From positions 1 to 35,017 of the forward strand of contig CAYFTD010000172.1 in assembly GCA_964345915.1 (NCBI GenBank): DNA of 35,017 nt, written 5' to 3'. Below, in pieces: positions 17,320 to 24,229 of this stretch. The stretch is from an uncultured archaeon. Lineage in GTDB: Archaea > Asgardarchaeota > Thorarchaeia > Thorarchaeales > Thorarchaeaceae. Below the pieces are notes generated by a model. That model did no database searches, was not told the origin of the DNA, and saw nothing but the letters and a program-made list of their open reading frames with translations. Made by a program: the position numbers and the translations under genes. The first letter of the stretch is position 1, and the number at the start of each line of letters is the position of its first letter.

Positions 17320-18534
17320 CTAGAGAAGTTCCCTGACGATGATCTGCAATGACTCTATGAATCGGTCAATGTCTGAAGTTGAGTTGTATGCTTGAAGAGA
17401 TGCTTGAATGATACCTTCGTCTGACATTGGTTTGATGAGTGGATGAGCACACACTAGTCCGCTTCGTACAGCAATGTTTGAGTCATCCAAGAAGAGTGCC
17501 ACTTCATGACAATTCATTCCATTCTCGACTCCAACATTGAATCCTACGATCGTGTTGTCTTTGTCCTGATTGCCATAGATAGTCAATGCCTGCATCTCAA
17601 TTAGACGTTCTATCATATAGGACGAAATCTTACTCATGTGTCTAGAAAGACCTCGAGCTTGGAGACCTCGTAGATATTCTAGCGATGCTCCTAGGCCAGC
17701 AATAGCGGGTACGTTCAGCATTCCAGACTCGAACTTGTCAGGCTGGAACGCGAGTTCGAAAGACTTGTGTGTGACATCTGCAACTGCTGAACCACCAAGT
17801 ATACCTGGTCGGTGATTCTCTCCTATTGACTTCTCTATCCATTGAATGACAAGACCGGGTGGGGCCATGAGCCCTATGTTGGCAGAAAATAGGATGACAT
17901 CTGCACCTAGGGCATCAGGAAACACCTCAGAAACTCCTACTGACTGTGTTGCGTCTGTAAGTAGTATTGCACCACTTTCGTGTGATATTTGAGCAATCTG
18001 AGGAATAGGATTTCTCGTCCCGATACCTACAGAAACGTGGTTCACAGCAACAATTCCAGTTTTGTCGTCTACAGCCCGTTCAAGACTCTCGAAGTCCAAG
18101 ATGCCCTTGTCGTCAACTGGGACCAGTTCCACATTGAGATTTAGAAGCTCGGCCACTCTTAGAAGCGCAACCATCACAGAGTGTTCTTCGCTCTGAGCGA
18201 TGACTATCTTGCTTCTCTTGGTTCCCTTCCAGTCAAAACCATATGTCAGCGATGCAATGGATGTGGGAATGGACTTCTGAAAGGATATCTGAGATTTGTC
18301 AGTATCAAGGAAATCGGCTAGCGAGTTGCGAACGTCCTCAACCATGGTGCTTGCATTTACAGCTAGGTGATGAGCTCCACGGCGTGTTGATGAAACTGTG
18401 TTTCTGAGGAACTCGCTTGTAGCATCTACCGCAACTCTTGGAACTAGAGAGGTGCTTGCAGAGTCAAGGTACACAAGTTCGGGCTCTATTTCGAATATGT
18501 TGAAATCAGGCCTTATGTTCAATTCCGGAGTCAT
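17320..18534 (-). CDS. Class V aminotransferase / cysteine desulfurase (SufS/CsdA)-like protein lacking the PLP lysine
   Basis: It aligns block-by-block with SufS: LDSASTS, NHVSVGIGT, LTDATQS, FESGMLN and VRSGLVCAHP (Cys retained). The SGHK motif, however, reads FSANIGLMAPPG. Confidence 0.8.
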   Translation of the reverse strand: MTPELNIRPDFNIFEIEPELVYLDSASTSLVPRVAVDATSEFLRNTVSSTRRGAHHLAVNASTMVEDVRNSLADFLDTDKSQISFQKSIPTSIASLTYGFDWKGTKRSKIVIAQSEEHSVMVALLRVAELLNLNVELVPVDDKGILDFESLERAVDDKTGIVAVNHVSVGIGTRNPIPQIAQISHESGAILLTDATQSVGVSEVFPDALGADVILFSANIGLMAPPGLVIQWIEKSIGENHRPGILGGSAVADVTHKSFELAFQPDKFESGMLNVPAIAGLGASLEYLRGLQARGLSRHMSKISSYMIERLIEMQALTIYGNQDKDNTIVGFNVGVENGMNCHEVALFLDDSNIAVRSGLVCAHPLIKPMSDEGIIQASLQAYNSTSDIDRFIESLQIIVRELL

Positions 18535-18540
18535 AGTGTA

Positions 18541-19608
18541 TTGTTACCTGAGGAGAGGGGTCTCTTTAATTGTTGGCCTCGTATCTACATTCTTGTGAAG
18601 TCCTTAAGCTCTCAGCCTATTGAGGGTTACTTCGTTGTGACTGATGAGGCTCTTGTATTTGAAGTCAAGGGAGTTGTGCATCCTCGCGATCGATTGATTG
18701 CATATCTGAGGTATGTTCCTGATGACAAAGGAAATCGCCAGTCAAGAAATGGCAGAAGATTCAACAAGATATACAGGCTGAAGGATCGCGAACAGTACCT
18801 TCGTGACAGATACCCTGAGTTTCTGTGGTCAGATAGGAAACGTGGACGAGTGTTCCAGACTGTTCCAGTTGATTGTGTCGATTATGTCCTGAGTCCCATT
18901 GATGGACTGCGCCAACTTAGGGACCTTGGAGCACATCTGACTCATCTCGAAGAAGCGTCCTGTGTGCTTGCTCAGGCGTTTGTTGAACAGGCTTGCATCG
19001 ACTGGTCTGACCTTGGTCTCACTGGTTCTCAGCTCGCCGGTCTTAGTACCGCTGAATCTGATATCGACCTTGTTGTATATGGTTCAGACCCAGCCAGAAG
19101 ACTTCACTCTGTCTTGAAACACCACCTTGATCAATTCCCGGATGTCAGCCGATACAGAGATGAACGGCTTGAGAAACATGTGAAGTTTAGGTGGAAAGCC
19201 CTTGGAAGATGGAAGTCTGTATTACAAGTAATAGAATCTCAGAAGGCTTTCCAAGGCGTGTTTAGCTCCATTGATTTCTTTGTTAGAGCTGTGAAACTGC
19301 CAAGAGAGATTGGCCATCGCTATGAGGACCTCAGTATCAAAAGCGAGGGTATTCGAGAAACGAGGTGTTCGGTGATAGATGATTCTGACTCGATTTTCAC
19401 TCCGTGTATCTATCTTGTGCAATGTGATGAGTTGCCAGACATCAAAAGACTGGTCAGCTATCGTGGTCGTTTTGCAGAACATACCTCCAGAGGTTCTTTC
19501 GTCAGAGCAAGAGGTCGACTCGAAGTAGTTGACAACGATAGAAGTGGTGAAAGCTATCAACAGCTTGTTCTTGGAGAGAGTCCGGAAGATTATCTTCTAC
19601 CAATCTGA
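18541..19608 (+). CDS. Nucleotidyltransferase-domain protein (Pol-beta superfamily)
   Basis: GLTGSQLAGLSTAESDIDLVVYGSD is the G[SG]...DxD minimal NTase signature. The rest is unassigned. The start is uncertain (TTG 18541; a GTG ~18595 is possible). Confidence 0.6.
   Translation: MLPEERGLFNCWPRIYILVKSLSSQPIEGYFVVTDEALVFEVKGVVHPRDRLIAYLRYVPDDKGNRQSRNGRRFNKIYRLKDREQYLRDRYPEFLWSDRKRGRVFQTVPVDCVDYVLSPIDGLRQLRDLGAHLTHLEEASCVLAQAFVEQACIDWSDLGLTGSQLAGLSTAESDIDLVVYGSDPARRLHSVLKHHLDQFPDVSRYRDERLEKHVKFRWKALGRWKSVLQVIESQKAFQGVFSSIDFFVRAVKLPREIGHRYEDLSIKSEGIRETRCSVIDDSDSIFTPCIYLVQCDELPDIKRLVSYRGRFAEHTSRGSFVRARGRLEVVDNDRSGESYQQLVLGESPEDYLLPI
19218..19234. repeat. Bipartite GTAWTAC motif (TGTATTACAAGTAATAG)
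   Basis: Two inverted heptamers in 9-bp register, inside the NTase gene. Confidence 0.6.
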
Positions 19609-19661
19609 ATCAGATCTTGTTGACAGATTCACGGTATTTACACGGTTTCACAGTCAACCTC

Positions 19662-20018
19662 TGTGAATGGCGCCCTTTTTGTGAATAGTCTACAGAAAAG
19701 GGACCTCAAATCAGTCCGTGAGGGCTGATGGGACCCCATAGAGGTCCGTAGTCCTGTGAATGAAGCCACCCCTTGGTTTCCAGTGGAATGGGATAACTAG
19801 AGATATGAAATGCTTGTTGAGTCATTCACAAAGTACATAGTTTGGTGAACAAGAGAAGAACTGGAGAATGGGCCAATTTCCTGATTTAGAGGCACCATAG
19901 GCCTTCTTTTGTGTTTTAAGGGATTCACAAGCTGCCAGCACAGTTATAGCATAACGGACGTGTTCTGAATGCGTACAGACGCATTATGTAGCCGTTACCA
20001 TGGTATTGGCAATTCACA
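19662..20018. repeat. Mirrored heptamer array: TGTGAAT x3 (19662, 19680, 19755), then ATTCACA x3 (19824, 19923, 20012)
   Basis: Six exact 7-mers in one 496-bp spacer. All forward copies are left of the ORB-like box at 19768-19788 and all reverse copies are right of it. Near-copies are TGTGAAC at 20054, GGTGAAC at 19844 and ATTCACg at 19627. Confidence 0.7.
19768..19788 (-). promoter_or_regulatory. ORB-type origin recognition box (copy A)
   Basis: The reverse complement TTCCACTGGAAACCAAGGGGT combines a TCCA-N2-GGAAA dyad with a G-string, the form of archaeal Orc1/Cdc6 ORB elements. It is 20/21 identical to copy B. Confidence 0.55.
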
Positions 20019-20104
20019 TACTCACACTTATTTGAGAAACGAATTCAGATACTTGTGAACACGGCTTCATGCACTGAGCCAAGTAGAAGTAAACAAGGAA
20101 CTGG

Positions 20105-20743
20105 GTGAATGATTTGAAGACTGAAGAGAGAACGGGGTATTTGTACGAGTTCACATACAACTCCGGCCCGGGCCTACGAGAAATCTTTCAGTGCAAATAC
20201 GTCAAGCCTGATGAGGCATTGACAAGATTCCGAAGAATTCTTTCTCTCACAGAGGAGCCATTTGATTTCAGAATCGTAGTACGAGATGAGTCCAAGAGAG
20301 AAGAGTCTAGCTTCCAAGTCGAAGGTGGCAGCATAAAGGAGATGTTCGAGAAATTCAAGGTCTTCTTGGAAGCGAGTACCGGTCATTCCTTTGCCCCGGA
20401 GAAAGAAGAGGCAGTTGATGCTGGGATTGAAGAAATCAGCTATGAGTCAATGAGTAGTTATGAGAAGATGCACATTGTAATATATGCATCCTTCAAGCAC
20501 GGCAAGTTCTCTTCCTTGGATGTTGCCGAGATCTATCAAGCAACATTTAATGAAGACCTACCAAAGAGTACTGCTTCTACGTATCTTGCCCGAATGTGGA
20601 ATGATGGAAAGGGCCATCTTGAAAGACATGGGAATCGTTCGGGCTATACGTATCGACTCAAGACTGAGATCTCGGAAGTCCAGAAAGAAGCTGAGAGAGC
20701 CGAGGGAATTCTTGCTTCTATCCAGCTTCACGTAGGCAAGTAG
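20105..20743 (+). CDS. Hypothetical protein with a C-terminal winged-helix DNA-binding domain
   Basis: 212-aa ORF (GTG 20105; an in-frame TTG at 20114 follows an SD-like GGGTGA). The C-terminal LDVAEIYQATFNEDLPKSTASTYLARMWNDGKGHLERHGNRSGYTYRLK has an HTH-plus-wing pattern. The N-terminal half is unassigned. Confidence 0.6.
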   Translation: MNDLKTEERTGYLYEFTYNSGPGLREIFQCKYVKPDEALTRFRRILSLTEEPFDFRIVVRDESKREESSFQVEGGSIKEMFEKFKVFLEASTGHSFAPEKEEAVDAGIEEISYESMSSYEKMHIVIYASFKHGKFSSLDVAEIYQATFNEDLPKSTASTYLARMWNDGKGHLERHGNRSGYTYRLKTEISEVQKEAERAEGILASIQLHVGK

Positions 20744-20756
20744 CTTCTGAAAGTGA

Positions 20757-22082
20757 TCAATCCCCAGACAACAGAGTCACACTTTCTTCCAGTTTGATGT
20801 CTAGGTTCTCGAGCTCGTTGAGAATTGGTTCATAAAGCTCTGGCATTACTGGTCGCTGGACTCCTGTGAGAGTAATCGAACCGTCAAGAATCATCTTGCT
20901 TGCAATGGCTACAGGTAATGCGACCGTTCTGGACATTGAACTATCTCCATTGGGAATGCCATAGTCAATCATTGTCGAGGTGATCTTCTCCTTTCGGTCT
21001 GGGTACTCAGCAATGAACTCATGATGCATGACAATCATGTCTCTTTCGCCAGGAGCATATTGCAGTTTCTCTTCGAACAGATAACAGAGTACATCCAGAT
21101 ATGTATTGATACCGGAAGGAATGTTCTGAGTGCTGAATAGTCCAAGCCAATCAAGACGGGAGATTATCGGATTATCACTCTTGAGACCAATGACCTCGGA
21201 AACGGCCCCTGCAATTTCCAATTCCTTGGAGTCTACCAGTTCATACATCATATCAGCAAAGGTCATCCCATCAAAGCTGCGTTCGTTAAGTGACAAGAGG
21301 CCAAGATCGGCAATCTTTTTGAGTGTGCTACACCAGCCAAGATTCCTGAAAGTGCCTCGTAGCATAGTGTTCGTTTCAGGGATGGCGTATGTATCAATGA
21401 ATGACATGCTGTCACGATTGGGATATCCCTCGAACTTGCCCATTCCAGGAACCTCCATTATCTCATAGTTGTCGAAGAGCTCGGGTCCCGGAATCCTGAC
21501 TTCTTTCCCATCTCGAAGAAAGTGAGCATCATTTCGACCAGCGAGTAGAACTCCTCTGGGACTCCAGGACAACTTGTATCCAAATGGATTATCGTTGGCC
21601 TCTGGAGCAGGAAGGCCACCTGTAAAGGAGGTGAAGCTGTTTATCTTTCCGCCTTGATTGTGGACATGATCAATGATCTTCATGGCACTCATATGGTCAA
21701 TCCCAGGGTCCACGCCACACTCGTTCAAAATGAGAATCCCCGCTGTCTTGGCGGCCTCGTCTAGTCCTTGCATTTCCTCTGAGATGTATGATGTCGTGCA
21801 GAATGGTTTCCCATAGTTGATTGCCACTTTTGCGGCTTTGAAATGGTAGGTGGATGGGAGAATTGAACAGATCAAGTCAGACTCGGCTGTTAGTTTGTCA
21901 AGGAGACTGTCGTCAGTCTTGATATTGAAGACTGTAGCTTTAGCGTTCTTGCAGCCTGTGATGAGTCGATCTGCTTTGCTTTTCGTTCTGCTTGCAACTG
22001 TCACATGGAATCCATGGTCACTGAGATATTGTACATAAGGACGGGCCACCAGGCCTGCACCAAGACAGAGCACATTCTTCAT
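20757..22082 (-). CDS. Saccharopine dehydrogenase (LYS9 / AASS SDH-domain type)
   Basis: Rossmann N-terminus MKNVLCLGAGLVARPYVQYL. Full-length resemblance to the L-glutamate-forming SDH family (GVDPGIDHM, YKLSWSPRGVL). The start overlaps the stop of the upstream LKR gene (ATGA at 22079-22082). Confidence 0.85.
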   Translation of the reverse strand: MKNVLCLGAGLVARPYVQYLSDHGFHVTVASRTKSKADRLITGCKNAKATVFNIKTDDSLLDKLTAESDLICSILPSTYHFKAAKVAINYGKPFCTTSYISEEMQGLDEAAKTAGILILNECGVDPGIDHMSAMKIIDHVHNQGGKINSFTSFTGGLPAPEANDNPFGYKLSWSPRGVLLAGRNDAHFLRDGKEVRIPGPELFDNYEIMEVPGMGKFEGYPNRDSMSFIDTYAIPETNTMLRGTFRNLGWCSTLKKIADLGLLSLNERSFDGMTFADMMYELVDSKELEIAGAVSEVIGLKSDNPIISRLDWLGLFSTQNIPSGINTYLDVLCYLFEEKLQYAPGERDMIVMHHEFIAEYPDRKEKITSTMIDYGIPNGDSSMSRTVALPVAIASKMILDGSITLTGVQRPVMPELYEPILNELENLDIKLEESVTLLSGD

Positions 22083-23488
22083 AGTCGGTTCTCCTTTGCC
22101 GTCAGATATTGATTTAGATACTTGTAGTCTTCCGTAAGTTCTCCCTGATATACAATCACTGCGTTCTTGAGCTCTCTCGGAAGGTCAAGCTCTTCGAATG
22201 GTATTTTGAAGTCTGCTTTTGCAAGCGCAGGTACATAGTCCAAAAGCGTTTCGCTGAATGATGTGGAAGACTCGCGTGGGAGTTCGCATGGGAGATTATC
22301 AACAGCCATTACTACAGGACCATCACCAGACACACCAAGCTTTGCTCGGTCTTCATCTACAATGTACGTGAACGCTGGATTTCCCGGATTTGTGCATCGA
22401 GTAGTGAATTCGATTGCTCCCTCGATATCGCACGAGATGTCACCTATCACCTCGAGTTTGCGGCTCTCGTTGTGCCAGTGTTCTTGCATGAAGTCCTTTC
22501 TCACAAGGCGCGGATATCTCTCAGCCCAGTAGATGCAGTTCATGATTACTGAAAGATAAGGGACATACTTGTGAAAGACTCCCCGGTATTTGGCTGAGCC
22601 ATTCTTGTAGTAGTCCTGAAGAACGAAGTCTGCCGTGGGATCCTTGGGTTCCACCATGTGCTCTTCTTTGAAGATGCACTTGTAGAGGATGTTGTCCTTT
22701 GGATCGGGGATCTCAGAGATATGTTCCGGCTGAACTTCTTCATGAGGAAGTAGGTCAAACATCTCTTGTGCACCGCGTGATACATTCCCGTAACCTGCGA
22801 AGCCCACAATGAATGGAACCATGTGTTTAGGCAGGCCCTCATCAACAATTCGACGACCCAGATACTGGAATTCCTTCTTGAGTTCTGCAAGATTCTTTGC
22901 TTGCAGGGTAGGTTTCATTCCGGAGAAGGGGTTTGGTGTGATCCCTTTGAGGTCAAGGCGATCTCCGAGAACTCGTAGTGTGTCTGATATGCCAGCCATG
23001 CCTGCCCAGTTACCGAAGAAGATTAGCCTTCGACCCTTTTCGTCGATGACTCGTTCATAGTCTATTAGAGTAGCACCCACATCCAGGATTCTCTTTAACA
23101 TAGGCATGTTTTGCTTCTGCCCCTTTATAGTGTGGCTGAAGAAGACGTAGACTGTGCCCCTCTCAAAGAAGTCTGATGGCATCTCCTTGATTCCTAAGAT
23201 GACCGGAATGTTTCTTCCCTTTAGTTGACCAACCTCAGCTCCAACTTCTTTGAACTCGTTAGTGTCAAATGCTCGTTGGTCACTGGGTTCAACAATGAAT
23301 TGAATTTGGTGTTTCTTGGATAGCTCCATAATATGCTTGGGTACAACAGGCACTCTTGTTTCGAAGGCTTTTTCCTCTTGTCGAAGACCAACAGTGTTCA
23401 TGAGATCTCTTCCTTTTGGCTTGTTGATGTGTATCTGGAGGTAGTTCGCGGGGGATTCATCGTCCGCTTTAACCTTTCCATCCCACAT
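22079..23488 (-). CDS. Lysine-ketoglutarate reductase-like protein (AlaDH/PNT-fold; AASS LKR-domain type)
   Basis: YVFFSHTIKGQKQNMPMLKRILDVGATLIDYERVIDEKGRRLIFFGNWAGMAG matches the plant/animal LKR signature (FFSHT.KAQ.ENM.LLD.IL....L.DYE...). GYGNVSRGAQEMF, CIYWAERYPRL and DISCDIEGAIEF are also present. Confidence 0.8.
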   Translation of the reverse strand: MWDGKVKADDESPANYLQIHINKPKGRDLMNTVGLRQEEKAFETRVPVVPKHIMELSKKHQIQFIVEPSDQRAFDTNEFKEVGAEVGQLKGRNIPVILGIKEMPSDFFERGTVYVFFSHTIKGQKQNMPMLKRILDVGATLIDYERVIDEKGRRLIFFGNWAGMAGISDTLRVLGDRLDLKGITPNPFSGMKPTLQAKNLAELKKEFQYLGRRIVDEGLPKHMVPFIVGFAGYGNVSRGAQEMFDLLPHEEVQPEHISEIPDPKDNILYKCIFKEEHMVEPKDPTADFVLQDYYKNGSAKYRGVFHKYVPYLSVIMNCIYWAERYPRLVRKDFMQEHWHNESRKLEVIGDISCDIEGAIEFTTRCTNPGNPAFTYIVDEDRAKLGVSGDGPVVMAVDNLPCELPRESSTSFSETLLDYVPALAKADFKIPFEELDLPRELKNAVIVYQGELTEDYKYLNQYLTAKENRL

Positions 23489-23513
23489 TCAGTATTACTC
23501 GGTCTGAAAATGA

Positions 23514-23525
23514 GAACATGTGTTC
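23514..23525. promoter_or_regulatory. GAACAYGYGTTC box 1 (GAACATGTGTTC)
   Basis: Near-palindromic 12-mer followed by CAGTAATTGG, so GTTCCAGTAA resembles a mini-ORB. It is one of three related 12-mers in the 23.5-24.1 kb spacer. Confidence 0.4.
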
Positions 23526-23844
23526 CAGTAATTGGTTGTCAGAATTGTCGTCGTACTTTCTCTATCTCTATGATTGTAAGCGGGCTCGACAGATCAATGC
23601 GCGTAGAGTGTCTTTCACCAAAGAGCTCCATGGTTATGTCTACTCTTGGAAGACAAGAAGTGGGATTCGCCAAAAGAAGAAACCAGGGTTGATTGACCAA
23701 TGTGAAGGTGCTCAGGCGGTTGCTGATTCTGCAATCCTAGTCCCTGGAGAGTTCAAGCCGGTCTTTGATCAGTTCTTCTTGTCTTACGTGGATATCCTAG
23801 TTCTGAAAGTCTACGAGGTAATTGGTGAGGTGCTGTGGTAGTTA

Positions 23845-23856
23845 GAACACGTGTTC
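23845..23856. promoter_or_regulatory. GAACAYGYGTTC box 2 (perfect palindrome GAACACGTGTTC)
   Basis: Perfect 12-bp palindrome 12 nt left of ORB copy B. Confidence 0.45.
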
Positions 23857-23868
23857 CAACACCCATGG

Positions 23869-23889
23869 ACCCCTTGGTTTCCAGTAGAA
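23869..23889 (-). promoter_or_regulatory. ORB-type origin recognition box (copy B)
   Basis: The reverse complement is TTCTACTGGAAACCAAGGGGT. It directly abuts the AT-rich stretch and is inverted relative to copy C. Confidence 0.6.
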
Positions 23890-24010
23890 AGTCAATTGAG
23901 TTATAATGCGATTAGAAATCAGAAAATATAAATAGGTGTTTATGAAGCTGTAGTATATCTCCATTTTAATTACTTATTATATAACTCGCTGAAAAAACTC
24001 CATAGATCAT
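23890..24010. other. AT-rich candidate duplex-unwinding element
   Basis: About 120 bp that is visibly far more AT-rich than its surroundings (aatcagaaaatataaataggtgtttatg...ccattttaattacttattatataac), bracketed by inverted ORB copies B and C. Confidence 0.55.
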
Positions 24011-24031
24011 CTCCACTGGAAATGAAGGGGT
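24011..24031 (+). promoter_or_regulatory. ORB-type origin recognition box (copy C)
   Basis: CTCCACTGGAAATGAAGGGGT on the + strand: same dyad plus G-string, facing copy B across the AT-rich stretch. Confidence 0.6.
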
Positions 24032-24070
24032 GTTGTGCCATAATATCTGAGTATGACTGGGACATTACTC

Positions 24071-24082
24071 GAACACGCGTTC
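24071..24082. promoter_or_regulatory. GAACAYGYGTTC box 3 (GAACACGCGTTC)
   Basis: Third copy of the 12-mer, 39 nt right of ORB copy C. Confidence 0.4.
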
Positions 24083-24094
24083 TATGTCCCTATG

Positions 24095-24113
24095 ATAATA
24101 CTTGTAATACAAG
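24095..24113. repeat. Bipartite GTAWTAC motif (ATAATACTTGTAATACAAG), containing the perfect palindrome CTTGTAATACAAG
   Basis: Intergenic, 70 bp right of ORB copy C. The 13-bp perfect palindrome is at 24101-24113. Confidence 0.7.
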
Positions 24114-24229
24114 ACTTGGATAGCATACTTGGGAACTAAGTTTCATTATCTATTACCACAAGGTTGATACATGATACACTCTCCCCGTCGTTTCGTCCCA
24201 AAACCACTGGTTAATCGGAGGCTCAATAG

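Noticed and set aside
19690-19800. RNase P RNA or SRP RNA hidden in the 496-bp spacer (ACAGAAAAGGG, GTGAATGAAGCCACC and GNRA hairpin fragments).
   Set aside because: The diagnostic conserved blocks are absent (RNase P CR-I GAGGAAAGUCC; SRP 5' GGGC...GGCUAGG and the helix 8 motif context). Only a generic structured-RNA possibility is kept, inside the finding for this spacer.
23333-23841. ORFs 23333-23692(+) and 23518-23841(+) in the spacer left of the ORB/DUE core.
   Set aside because: They overlap each other and the 5' end of the LKR gene. They have no motif, SD or promoter support, and lie in what looks like origin-flanking non-coding DNA containing a GAACAYGYGTTC box. A small real gene cannot be excluded.
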